Below, in pieces: positions 45,221 to 56,334 of a DNA stretch of 64,000 nucleotides. The DNA is from Blastocladiella emersonii ATCC 22665. Lineage: Eukaryota > Fungi > Blastocladiomycota. The DNA is taken from NCBI GenBank assembly GCA_025594325.1, contig JANHCV010000010.1, positions 496,001 through 560,000 of the forward strand, in the 5' to 3' direction. Position 1 is the stretch's first letter; the number at the start of each line of letters is the position of its first letter. Both the position numbers and the translations under genes were made by a program. Under the pieces are notes generated by a model. The model had not been told where the DNA came from. It saw only the letters and a list, made by a program, of their open reading frames with translations, and did not search any database.

Positions 45221-48200
45221 TAGAGGTCCGTCCCCTTGATTTTTTTTCGGCTTGCCCCGCGACCCACCCGACGCGTGTGGGCTGGATCCCACGGATGCGT
45301 GGATCCGCTTAGGATAAGCTGGCCGCGCGCGCTCACCTTCGACCCCTTCCCCCTCCTTAATAAAATGGATTCCATGAAGCACCACTGCATGCAGCTGTCT
45401 CTGGAGACCTAAACCATGAATTCCCCGCGGCCGAAAACTTTGCGCCGGTCCGCCCGCACGGCGGCGATGAACGCCCAGTCGCGCGACGACCCCGCGGCGA
45501 CTCCTGCGACCCCGGCCGCTGCCAGCAGTGCTTCTCGCACGGCTTCGCGCGTCTCGCAGGTCCCGGTCGTGGCCAGCCACCCACCCGGTCTGTCGTTGAG
45601 TGGGCCGATCGCTCCCGTCACCGTGGGACCCGTCCAGCCACACGCGCGGCCGCCCGCGCTTCCTTCGCCCGTGTCACCAGCGTTCGCCCAGACCACTCCC
45701 GCTCTTGCTCCCGCTGCTTCGGTCGCTTCTGCACTCGCAAAACGCCCCGCTGAGTCCGTCGCTGATGCCGATGGCCATCCTGCAAAGCGGGCCCGCAAGT
45801 TCGCGGCCACACCGGCATCTCCTCGGCGTCACAAGCAACGGCAAGTTGGCCACGGAAACGACGCTGCGGCCTTCCTGCCGCACATGACCGCGAGCGCGTC
45901 TTCTGCTTCCGCGCCGCCCCCGCCGCCGCCGTCATTGAACACCTCCAGTGTTTCTGCTCCTGCCTCGGCCTTGGCCTCGGCGCTGCCCGGGTCCCCAAAC
46001 CAACTCACCATCTCTCCGCTTCCGACTGCCGATGATACCGCGGTCCCCGATGCTCTCGCCGCGCCCGAGTTTGATCCGGTCAAGTGCTTTGCGTCTCACA
46101 TCCGGAACAAGGCTCTATACAAGAGCTTTACTATCTCGTGTGTTGGTTCCGCGATCTACGCGACGTGTGTTGATTGCCCAAACACCCGGTACAAAGTTGC
46201 AAACGTGGTCGGCAGCAGTACCAGTTTGGATGGCTCGCGCAACTTGACGGACCACTGGCGTGCTCGCCACGACGATGAGCTTACCCTCCACGAACAGCAT
46301 GCCGGCCCGCACGACGACTCGGCGCCCGTCGAAACGGAGCCCAACCTGCCCATGGTCCGTGTTGGACTCGTGAAGCTCACGGTCATCGACAACTATCCAC
46401 TCTGCTTTGTCGAGACGGACACCTTTCGCGAGTTTATGCACGCCGCATGCCCGCAGTTCCACTCCCCGAGCGCGACCACTCTACGTCGATGGGCCGTCAA
46501 CCTCTTCTTTGACGCCTTTGACATGGCGGTGACCAATTTTCGCCAAGCGATGGGCGTCAGCGTTGCTTTCACAACAAACATTTGGACATCCACGCACGGC
46601 CATCGCTCGTGCATGTTGGTCACCGTTCACTCAGTGGTCGGCCATTGGAAGTTGGTCGCCTTCCCAATCGCCTTCATTCCAATATCGTCGCCTCATTCCG
46701 GCAAGCGCATCGCGCAAGCTCTGTTCGAAGTCATGAAGCAGTTCCACGTTGTCGACCTCGTGGTCGGCGTCACGCTTGACAACGCGAGCAACAACCTCGG
46801 CGCGATACGTGAACTCGAAAAGTTGATGGCCGCTGCGGGGAGCCGGCTGGCGCAGCTCGGAAATTCCTGCGTCGCGCATTCTCTTCACCTCATCGTGCAG
46901 GAGGGGTTCCGCAAGGACGGGTCGCTTCATGGCCTTGTTGAGCGCTTTCACACGATCGGGAACAAGATTCGCAACTCGCCAAAGATTTGCGCGGAGTTCC
47001 GGGACATCTCGGACGACGTACCGGCGACGCTTCCGCCCAAGGCCATCGAGATCCGGTGGGGCAGCACCCTGCGCCTTCTCGAGTCTTTCTTCAAGCAGCG
47101 CACGCGCATGGACGAGCTGCTTTCGCTTGAACGCATGGATCCCGTCACCCCCGAGGAGTGGAACTTGGTTGAGCAGATTATCCAGCTGCTGCGCCCGTTT
47201 CAAGACGCGACCGAACTTGTCTCGGGCGAGAAGTACTTGACGATGTCGCACGCGCTCTCCACGTACCTCACTCTCGCTCGCGACCTTCAGCGGGTGTCGC
47301 GCGAGTGCGTGCACCCCGATCTCGTTTCGGTGGCCAAGCGCATGAACACCAAACTCATGTCATACTGGCACACGGTGCAGCACAACGCAGCTTTCTGTTC
47401 TTTCCTCAACCCTTACGAGGGCGGCAGCCGGATGCTCCGCCACAAGCTCCGACACCACTGCAACGCGTCCCAAGACGCCGCGGAGGCCGCTGTCAACGAA
47501 TTGCGCGCGTGGTGCGGACTGGCTACGCGTCGCGCGAGTGGAAGCAGACTAATTCGGCACCTCACGTATAGCGTGCTCAAGGAGATGGAGCTCAAGGTGG
47601 CCGAGTCAAGCGGCGCGGCCCCCGCGGCCACCTCGGCCGCCATGAACTCGGCCAAGTTTGACGCGCATCTCATGGAGCTGTCCTCGGACGGAGTGCCCAA
47701 CCTGCTTTCCGATGCTCCATCTTTGGTTCACGACGTCGACTGCTCCCGCGAGCTCGAGGACTACGAGAACGAGATCACCCTCATGATGACGCGCAGGAAG
47801 GCCGACCTGCTCAACCGCCGGCCCGTTGCCGAGCGCACGCACGACTCGACCTTCGAGTTCTGGAGAGCGAACGAGCAGCGCTTCCCGACTCTCGCGTTCC
47901 TCGCCTGCCTGCAAGTACTTCTGCTTGCCGGCCTCGTCCGTGTCGAGCGAGCGGGTACGCCCTGATGGCATTCCCGTCCCGTTGGGCATCGACTTGCGTC
48001 ACTAACAGGTCGATTACTGCGAGCGTAGCTGTTCAGCCGGTCGGGTCGCCTCGTTTCCGCTCGCCGGAACCAGCTCAAGGACGACATCATCAACGCCACG
48101 ATGCTCCTCAAGCCGCTCTTCGAGAACTCCGAGCTTCTGGGCATCGACTTCACCGAGCTGTACGGTAAGATGACGCGCAGCAAGCCGTCGACCACCCCGC

Positions 48201-48568
48201 CGGGCGAGGGCAACGGGTCCGCGGCCGCGGGCGAGGTCCCCGAACCCACGGCGGGTGACTTGGACGAGGTGGTCGCGATCCTGCACACGGAGGTCGGGGA
48301 TACGGCCAGCGGTGCGGATGCTGCAGCCCCGAACGGCGACGAGTTCGAGACGTTCGAGCTGGTCCCGGCGTGCTGAGTGGTGCGGCGAGTCCGACACTTG
48401 TTTTCTCTCCGGATCCTGAATCCTCATCCCAAATCATCCTGAATGCATCAAGTTTTTTATTCGTAGTCCTCGGCTGGATTTTTAGAGGTGAGGGGGAGCA
48501 GCCCGCCAGCTTATCCACACGATCCATATCCAGCCCAGCCCAGCCCACGCGATCCATGGGGACCTCTA
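45221..48568 (+). mobile_element. Full-length hAT transposon (3.35 kb)
   Basis: TIR tagaggtcc (45221) / ggacctcta (48560-48568), 8-bp TSD tcgagtag (45213-45220 / 48569-48576), and similar subterminal gtgggctgg and ggataagctgg motifs at both ends. Confidence 0.93.
45416..48376 (+). pseudogene. hAT transposase (BED-like finger, DDE core, dimerisation domain), inactivated
   Basis: C..C...H...H finger, TTNIWTS (normally TTDxWTS), TLDNASN, CVAHSLHL, IRWGST. A GCCT duplication at 47903-47910 shifts the frame before PASSVSSER; intron 47955-48028, then LFS.SG...RRN.L. Confidence 0.88.
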
Positions 48569-48681
48569 TCGAGTAGCAAGTAAATAGACGCTCTGCGGTC
48601 AGCGGTCAGGGATTTGAGCGCCGGCCGCTCTCGCCACCAGTCCCCGCTCCTCCACCTCCCTCACTTGGCCTCTGGCCGACC

Positions 48682-50985
48682 ATGAACCTAATGAATCTCG
48701 ACCAGGACCCTGCAAGCTTGGTGCTCAACGACCTGCCGCGCGAGGTCCTCGAGCGACTCGTCTCGGTTGCCGTCCCGCGCGGGTGTCTGGTCGCTTCCTC
48801 CGCGACTTTGCGTCACGCCGTCGTCGAGCCGCACGTCCTGCGCACTTGGGTCGCGCACACGATCTTGGGCGTCACGGCCGAGGTCTTTGAATCGGCCGGG
48901 CGCGACGCGAACGGCGAACCGCTCTGGCACGCCCGGGAAACCGACGAGGAGCTTTCTGAGACCCGCCAGCTCCAGATGCCGCTCGTGTGGTACCTCAAGC
49001 TACGCCTGCTCAACGACTCGCACGCACACCCGTTCCCGCCCTCGCTCCTCGCGCACTTCCTCCGCAAGAACCAGCCGCGACCTGCTTCGGTTGTGGATGC
49101 GCTTGCTCCGTTCGTCGATCTTCGGCCCGGCACGGACGCGCTCTTTGACTCGTTTGCTTTCCGCGCTGCACCCGAAGGCTTCTCGCTCCTCGATTTTTTC
49201 CTGCGTGCGGGCGACCTCGACGCCATGTTCGCGTGCCTCGACCACCTCGCCGCGCTGTTCCCGACGACGCTGTGTGCCGAGCGCGCCAAAATTACGACCT
49301 GGTCACGTCTCTGGCTCCTCGAGGACCGCTTTACTCGAACCAAGTTCGAGTACATGGACAAAATTCACGATCTCAACACGGATGCGCCGATTGACATCTC
49401 GTACCCTGTCACCTTCCCCATGGCTCTTGCTCTCGCTGCTATGACCTTGTGGAACCACGGCGCCGTCAAGCGGCTCCTAGACGGCGACTACGGCATTGAT
49501 CGAGTCGAGCTCATGCGCTGGTTTTCGCGCGGCAACACTGCGGCCGTGTTCCTTGATGCTCTTGACCGCTGCAAGAGCGCTGCGCACGCCGTCCCCGGTC
49601 TCCTCAACTGGCTCGGTGGCCAGGGCTGGGTGTGCGACCGCGACCGGCACCCGTGTTTTGCGTACTACGTCCGCGATCATGACTACGAATTGTTTCGCGA
49701 ACTTTTTGAACGCTTCGACAGCCACTTGGTCAGCGGCTTTGACGAAGAGGTGCGCGAGGACCTGATGCTCCTGCTTCTCCGCTACCTCGACCAGGGCCAC
49801 TACGATTTAATCTCACTCTTTGCCAAAAGCGGCATTATCAACGACCACGCGACCTGGGCTATGCTGCTAGCCTACGCGATCGGCGACTCTGATTGCGCTG
49901 CCTCAGTCGCTGGATACGTCAAGGCGTTTGTCCCTCACGACGAGCACGCCCGCGTCCTCGTGCAAGGTCCGCCTGTCAAATTTTCAGTTTTCGTTTCGCA
50001 TACTGACACCAAATTCCCACCCGTAGTGTACCCGACTCAGCACGCAACGTGGCAGCGGCCGAATGTACTCTACCTCCCCGCGCTCTTTGAGCTGTGCGCC
50101 CAGTTTGACCTCACGCCGCAGGACCTTCTGGACTCGCACCTGGGCTACTACGCCACGTTCCCATCCGTCACCATGTTCCTGCTCACCCCGAGCGACTCCA
50201 GACTCGAACCGCGCCGCGTCGTGAACCGAGCGATCGATTGGGCCGCTTCGAGCATGGATTCGAACGCGCGCGAGGCCGTGGGCAATTTCCTGGTCGACGT
50301 GTGTGCTCGGACCAGCGACGAAGCGCCGCCCATGACGCTCTCAGCGCTGCTTGACCTGCTGTACGGGCGCAGCGACGACGTGGTCGCCACGCGCGCGCAA
50401 CTTGTTATCCAGCTCGCGGCGCGCATCTTTGACTCGATTGTCGACCCGTTCGCCGCGTCCCACGGCATCGATGACGATTCGGTGCGCGATACCGTGTTTG
50501 CGGCCCTCGACGAGCTGGTCAAGCAGTACCCTCACAACGGCGTCCTGACTGGCAACGTTGCGATGTCGGCGGCGACTGCTCTCACCTCTCGCTTCACCCT
50601 GGCCGCTCTCACTTCGATGGATCCGTCTACCGCGCCGAGTGCTGGCGAGGCGTCCAAGAGGCGACTCTTCACGCTTCTGGCCAAGTTCAACGTGGGCATG
50701 ATGGCGCGCGCCGTGTTCCCTGGCGCCTTCATGGTCCCGTGGGTTGTCGCCACGCTCCTCGAGGCCGCCAAGGACCCGACCATGCTCAACGCCGGTCTGC
50801 CTCCGCGCGCGTCCGACTCGCTGACACTCCGCGCCGTGCTCGATGGCAAGTACGAGCTCGCGTGTACGCTGCTCCGCATCTTTCCGCCGTCGGACACGTT
50901 CAAGCAGCGGCTCTCGGCCATGGTCAAGGCCAAGAACCTCCGCGAGGCCAAGGAGAAGGTGCTCGACGTGTTTGGCATTGAATAG
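48682..50985 (+). CDS. F-box-like N-terminus + helical-repeat orphan protein, 767 aa
   Basis: LNDLPREVLERLV motif; intronless ORF; distant similarity to the 51121 gene (LLNWLGGQGW / FLKWIHAPGW; YLDQGH / WVEQGH). Confidence 0.7.
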   Translation: MNLMNLDQDPASLVLNDLPREVLERLVSVAVPRGCLVASSATLRHAVVEPHVLRTWVAHTILGVTAEVFESAGRDANGEPLWHARETDEELSETRQLQMPLVWYLKLRLLNDSHAHPFPPSLLAHFLRKNQPRPASVVDALAPFVDLRPGTDALFDSFAFRAAPEGFSLLDFFLRAGDLDAMFACLDHLAALFPTTLCAERAKITTWSRLWLLEDRFTRTKFEYMDKIHDLNTDAPIDISYPVTFPMALALAAMTLWNHGAVKRLLDGDYGIDRVELMRWFSRGNTAAVFLDALDRCKSAAHAVPGLLNWLGGQGWVCDRDRHPCFAYYVRDHDYELFRELFERFDSHLVSGFDEEVREDLMLLLLRYLDQGHYDLISLFAKSGIINDHATWAMLLAYAIGDSDCAASVAGYVKAFVPHDEHARVLVQGPPVKFSVFVSHTDTKFPPVVYPTQHATWQRPNVLYLPALFELCAQFDLTPQDLLDSHLGYYATFPSVTMFLLTPSDSRLEPRRVVNRAIDWAASSMDSNAREAVGNFLVDVCARTSDEAPPMTLSALLDLLYGRSDDVVATRAQLVIQLAARIFDSIVDPFAASHGIDDDSVRDTVFAALDELVKQYPHNGVLTGNVAMSAATALTSRFTLAALTSMDPSTAPSAGEASKRRLFTLLAKFNVGMMARAVFPGAFMVPWVVATLLEAAKDPTMLNAGLPPRASDSLTLRAVLDGKYELACTLLRIFPPSDTFKQRLSAMVKAKNLREAKEKVLDVFGIE

Positions 50986-51120
50986 ATGACGCGTGTTGCG
51001 AAAACGGTGTTAATCATCCGCACGTGAGGTGCGAGGCTTGCGCGGGGAGCCCTTTTTTTTCTGCGCGGAAACGCTCGGGCGGCGCTCTCTCTCCCGCAAG
51101 GACCCACCCGATGAAAGACG

Positions 51121-53404
51121 AATGAATCACATCTTGCTTGATTTTGCAGCGCTGCCTGAGGATGCAGTCGCGACCACCTTCTTGCTCAGCGCGCCGTTGG
51201 TCAAGCACGTAGCCGCTTCGCGCGTGCTTGCTGACGCCGCTGCCACCTGCAACCTCTTGACGCTCGCTTGGTTCAACCGACTCGGTAGCGAGCTATGCGA
51301 TAAGCTTTGCGCCGCCGCACCGGACAAACTTGTCGATATGAGCCGTATCCCGGAGTGGTCGACGCTTATCGCAAAGTGCGCCAGCGCTGCAATCGCGTTG
51401 CGAGGCCGCGCTGATGCTCCACCGCATCCGCCGCTCGGCCGACGCCTGTTTCACGCGCTGCTTCGATCGCACGTCCGGCGCCACGGTCGCGGTGTGCCTG
51501 CCGAGGTGCAGCTGGCGTTGCTTGAACTCGCCGCATCCGTCGACGATAAGTGCACCGAGTTCCGCTCCTTCGACATCCTCATCCTCCCGCTCTACTTTGA
51601 GTCGGTCGGCAGCACGTCCGAGCTCGACGAGGCGCTCGCCTCCCTCGTTCGCAACCTTCCCGTTCTTGTAACCGAGGCGCGCGCGCCGTTGCAGCGCATG
51701 CTGCAGTGGGTTCCCGATCGCACTCCCGCGTTCAACGCTGCTCTCGGCGCATTGTGGAACAACTTGCACAACCACGAGCGCGACACGGGCGAGATTGTTC
51801 GCGTCGACTACCTCACGCTGGTTGCGATCACCGCAGCCGTGCACCTGAATGTCGAGGCGCTCAACGTCGTGGAAGCGCATCATCCGCACTTCGAGGTTGT
51901 AATTCAGGTGCTGTCGACCCCGCGCGTGTACTCGGCGTTCCTATCCCGTCTCAGCGACTTTTCTCTCGACGCGGTGGTCGGTTTCCTCAAGTGGATTCAT
52001 GCTCCCGGTTGGTCGCCTCGCACGTCCGATACGGGCGATGATTCGAACGACGCGTGTATTGCTACCAGCTTGTACCTTGATCCCGTGCGCTCCGACTCTG
52101 CCTCCCTGCTTCGGCTGTTCAACGCCTATGACCGCGACCGGCTTCGGTCGCTTGACGACGATCACCAGCGCGACACAATCGGCACCGCTCTCGCGGCCTG
52201 GGTCGAGCAGGGCCACATCGCCGCCACAATCAAGATCCTTCGCGAGTGGCCGTGGCCCGCCGCGTTCCCCTACTTGGCGCCCATTGTGACTCGCGCCGTT
52301 GGCGCGGGAGTCGCACACCACGAGATCCGTCAATTACTCGCTTTCGCTCGCAATGACGAGGTGCCTCGGCTACTTGAATCCATGTTCCGCGCGGTCGGCG
52401 GGACGTACAGCAGTAACACGGGCCTCGTGACGCGCCTTGTGGAGCTCGCCATCAAGCGATGTGGGAAAGAGGCTGCGGCCCGCATCGTGGTCAGCCAGCT
52501 TAATATTTTCGCTGACCGTGCTTTCGGTTGCCACCTTGACACGCTTGGGCTCGGCGCGACTGACGTGCGGATCGCAATCGCTGACCGACTTCTGCGTCTG
52601 TTGGAAGGCAGCTCGGTGCTTTCGACGCGATACGCGGGTGCACTAACCGCGACCTTGATCCCGATCCTTGCTTCGCCACGCGCCAAGCATTACCTTGACG
52701 CCATGCTTACAACTCGCGCGCGGTGGTCGGCCGTGTACGGCTCGTTCCTGATCGCCGTGGCCAGCGAGTGCTCGCAGTGGAGCTGGCTCAGCAACCAGCC
52801 TGCCGAACCTGGCCACGAGCTGCTTCGCGACAAGCGCACGGTCGCTACTTGGAACGTGTTTCTCACTTTCTGCCCGCCCGACGCGGTGGACGTGGCCGAA
52901 GAACGGTTCGCAGCGAGCGTTCCGACCCCGCTGCGGGTCCTACAGTTCGTGAACCAACCGATCCACTCGATGTACAGCCAGCAAGTCGAGAAGCGCCAAG
53001 TTCCCGTCGGCAACGCCATCCTCCGCGCCGCCCTGTTTCACGCACCGAGCCAGTTTGCCACGCTTATTCTGAACTTTTACAACGGCGACGCAAGAGAGCT
53101 GCTCAGCCTTGCACACATGTTTCCTGATGGCGCACTCGACGCGCATGTCCAGCCTGACGATTGCGCGACGACCATCGAAAGCATGCTTCAGTACAGCCAC
53201 GAAATCGACGCGCCAGCGCTTCGCACGCTGTTCCGAACTTGCCCGCAAACTGCGGCCTCGATGCGATGCTTGCGCGGCGTAGTGTCGCGGCTGAACCGTC
53301 AGTGGTGGGTACAGTTCGAGGCCAAGGTCGTGCCACGCGTTTCGGGACTGGCAAAGTCGTGGGCCGAGGCGGTCGAATGGATTACGCTTCCGCGCTGGAA
53401 CTGA
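51121..53404 (+). CDS. F-box-like N-terminus + helical orphan protein (~760 aa)
   Basis: MNHILLDFAALPEDAVATTFLL; long intronless ORF. Confidence 0.72.
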
Positions 53405-53596
53405 GTGGTATAGATATTGATGCTTGATTGATGGCTCTGCGTTACTCCCGCAAAGTTAAGGTGCCGACACGACAGGCGTACATGGGCTGGATGTGTCATT
53501 GAACAGATGATGCGTGTCGTGATGGCGCACTTGTGCGCACTTGAGGAACGGCCGCCCAATAATGCACTCGACAGATTGAGTTGTGCACGACCAACG

Positions 53597-55695
53597 ATGA
53601 ATGCACAAGAACTCTTGCATGATTTTGCAACGCTGCCCAAGGACGCGGTCGCGACCATTCTCTTGCTCAGTTCGCCCTCGACCAAGAATGAGTGTGCTTC
53701 GCGTGTCTTTGCCCAAGCGGCTGCCACCAGCAACCTGTTGACGCTCGCGTGGTTCAACCGCCTTGGCAACAAGATATGCGACACGCTCCGCGCCGCCGCG
53801 CCGCGTTGCAAGGCCACGCTGGTGCCCCGCCGCGTCCACCGCTCGGCCGAAAAATGTTCCATGCGTTGCTTCGATTGTACGCCTGGAGTGTGCCCGTTGA
53901 CGAGCAGCGAGCACTGCTTGAACGCATCGCTAGCTCGGACGGACAACATACGGATCTCGGATACTTTGACATGCTCATTCTCCCGCTCTACTTTGAGTCG
54001 ATTGGGAGCTCATTCGAGCTCGAAGAGGCGCTTGCTGCCCTCATCCGCAAACTTCCCGCTCTTGTATCCGAACCATGCGCACCGTTACAGCATATGCTAA
54101 TGTGATTGCCCGACCGCACTCCCGACACCAGCAGCTTACTCGATGGGCTGTACTTGCAGTTGTACCGCCACGAATGCAACACGGGCGAAACTGTTCGAGT
54201 CGACTACCTCACTCTGGTCGCGATTGCTGCAGCCATCCACATGAACCTCGAGACGCTTAGAGCCGTGGAATCACACCATCCGCACTTCGAAGTCGCGATT
54301 CAGGTGCTGTCGACGCCGCGCATTTACTCGGCGTTTTGTCCCGGCTCAGCGACTTTGAGCTCGACCAGACGACGGTTGTCCTTAGCTGGCTTCGTTCTCA
54401 CGGTTGGTCGCCTCGCGAGATCGACTCGGAGTCCGACTTGAATTCTGATTTGGAGTCTGATTTGGAGTCCGAGTCGGGCTTTGAGGCAGATCGGGACTTG
54501 AAAACCACAAGCGTCGCAATCAGCATGTAACTTGACCCCAAGCGATTTGATCCTGCGGCTCTGCTTCAATTGTTCGACGACTATGACCGCGAGCGGCTTC
54601 GATCCCTTCGAGATGAGCGGCAGCGCAAGACGATTGCTCGTGGCCTCGCGGCCTGGGTTGAGCGGGGCCACATTGCTGCCGTCGTCCAAATCATCCATGC
54701 GTGGCCCTGGCTTGCTGCATTTCCATGCTTGGCTCCTATCCTCACTCGCGCTGCACGTGTGCGACTCCCGCATCATGAGGTCCATCAATTGCTTGCCCTC
54801 GCTCGCGATGACCAAGCGTTGCAGCTACTTGGGGCCTTGTTCTGCGCTACTTCCAGGTTCGCATACGCTCCGTACAACGTGGCGCTCGCGTTCCTGGTCG
54901 AACTCGCCAGAAAATTGTGTGGAAAAGAGGACGCGGTTCGCATGGTGGTTGACCAGCTTGAATTTGTTTCTCCACACATCAAGGGTCGTGTCGAGCTACT
55001 TCTTTCCACCCGCGCGCAGTCGTCGACGATGCATGCTTCGTTCCTACTTGCCATCGCTCGCGAGTGCTCCTCGTGGAATGCCTCATTCTTCTGCTTGGAG
55101 AAGCAACAGACGGGCCGGAAGCTCATTGACGACGACCGGATGCTTGCTTGCAGCATAGACCGCGTTTCTTGCAATTTGCCCGCCCGAGGCTGTCCTCGCC
55201 TCAAGTGAACAGATGCCGGGGTGCGTCTTGGACTCGTTGAACGCACTGCAACGTGCTGCCCTTGGTGTCCCTGACCGCAATGCGCGTGATGTCAAGCGCG
55301 AGATCGCCGTTATCGGCGCCGTACTTCGCGCTGCTGCTGGTCACGCACCGAACCAGATTGCTGCGCTCATCCTCAAAGTCCACGATGGGCAAACCAACGA
55401 TTTACTTCTCCTGGCGCGATTCTTTCCTGACGGCGCTCTCGATGCGCATGTCCAGCCGCACGACTGCGCCGCGGCGATTCTGAGCCTGGCGGAACTCCAA
55501 AGCCACTTGGGCGTTCGCTTGTTGTGCGCCGTGTTCCGGGCGTGTCGGCAGGTAGCCGCGTCAACTTCGTGTCTTCGCGCCGTCGTGGCTGGGCTAAGTC
55601 GCAAGCTGCTGGAAATGTTCGAGGCTACCATCGTGCCTCGCGTTCCTGGGCTGGCAAAGCCGTGGTCTGACGCAGTGGAATCATTTACGCTGTAA
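53597..55695 (+). pseudogene. Tandem pseudogenised paralog of 51121-53404
   Basis: Colinear homology across several frames (LPKDAVATILL, FDMLILPLYFESIG, VDYLTLVAI, WVERGH, FPDGALDAHVQP, VPGLAKPWSDAVE); TGA at ~54103 where the paralog has TGG; several frameshifts. Confidence 0.88.
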
Positions 55696-56334
55696 AGTAC
55701 GCAATGTAACTGGGTAATTAATGAGATAAGCAAGTCCGCCTCGATGAGCACCCAGGGGCGAAGTCGCAGCGCTCTGAAATTCGCGTTGGCCACGCGCACG
55801 TGCACACGTGAGCGACGAAATGCGGTCAGCCACCTCGATGCGGTGGGAAAAGCTGCGCGCGCGCGAACCTTCAAGCTCTCTCCCGTCGCGCCACAATCAA
55901 CGCTATTCTAATGAAAGAACTGGATCCCGTGTTTGAACTCGCGAAACGGAAACATGCTGCCGCTAGCAAAGCGTCCATCGCAACCCGCGCCCAGATGCGC
56001 GCTGGTGTCGCGAACAGTTGAAGCCACTCCTTTTGCACATACATTATCCCTTACCCCTTTTTCAATGCAAAGGCTTTTGGCTTTCCAACGCGCGAAGCGA
56101 GGGTCGACCGCCGTTGCGTGTCTCGACTGATCGGACGCGCCGCGCCACTCACGTGCGTGGCGCCGACCTTGAGCATCGCCCCTCCCTCGAAGTCGTGAGG
56201 TAAAGACCATGAAGCAAGCATCCGCTATGGCAAGGAGCGGCGCTGAATTGACACTACATTGCACGAACATGGGCTCAGCTAAGCGTACGTCGAACGCGTG
56301 ACTTGATGTCCACAAGGAATCGATATATCATATG

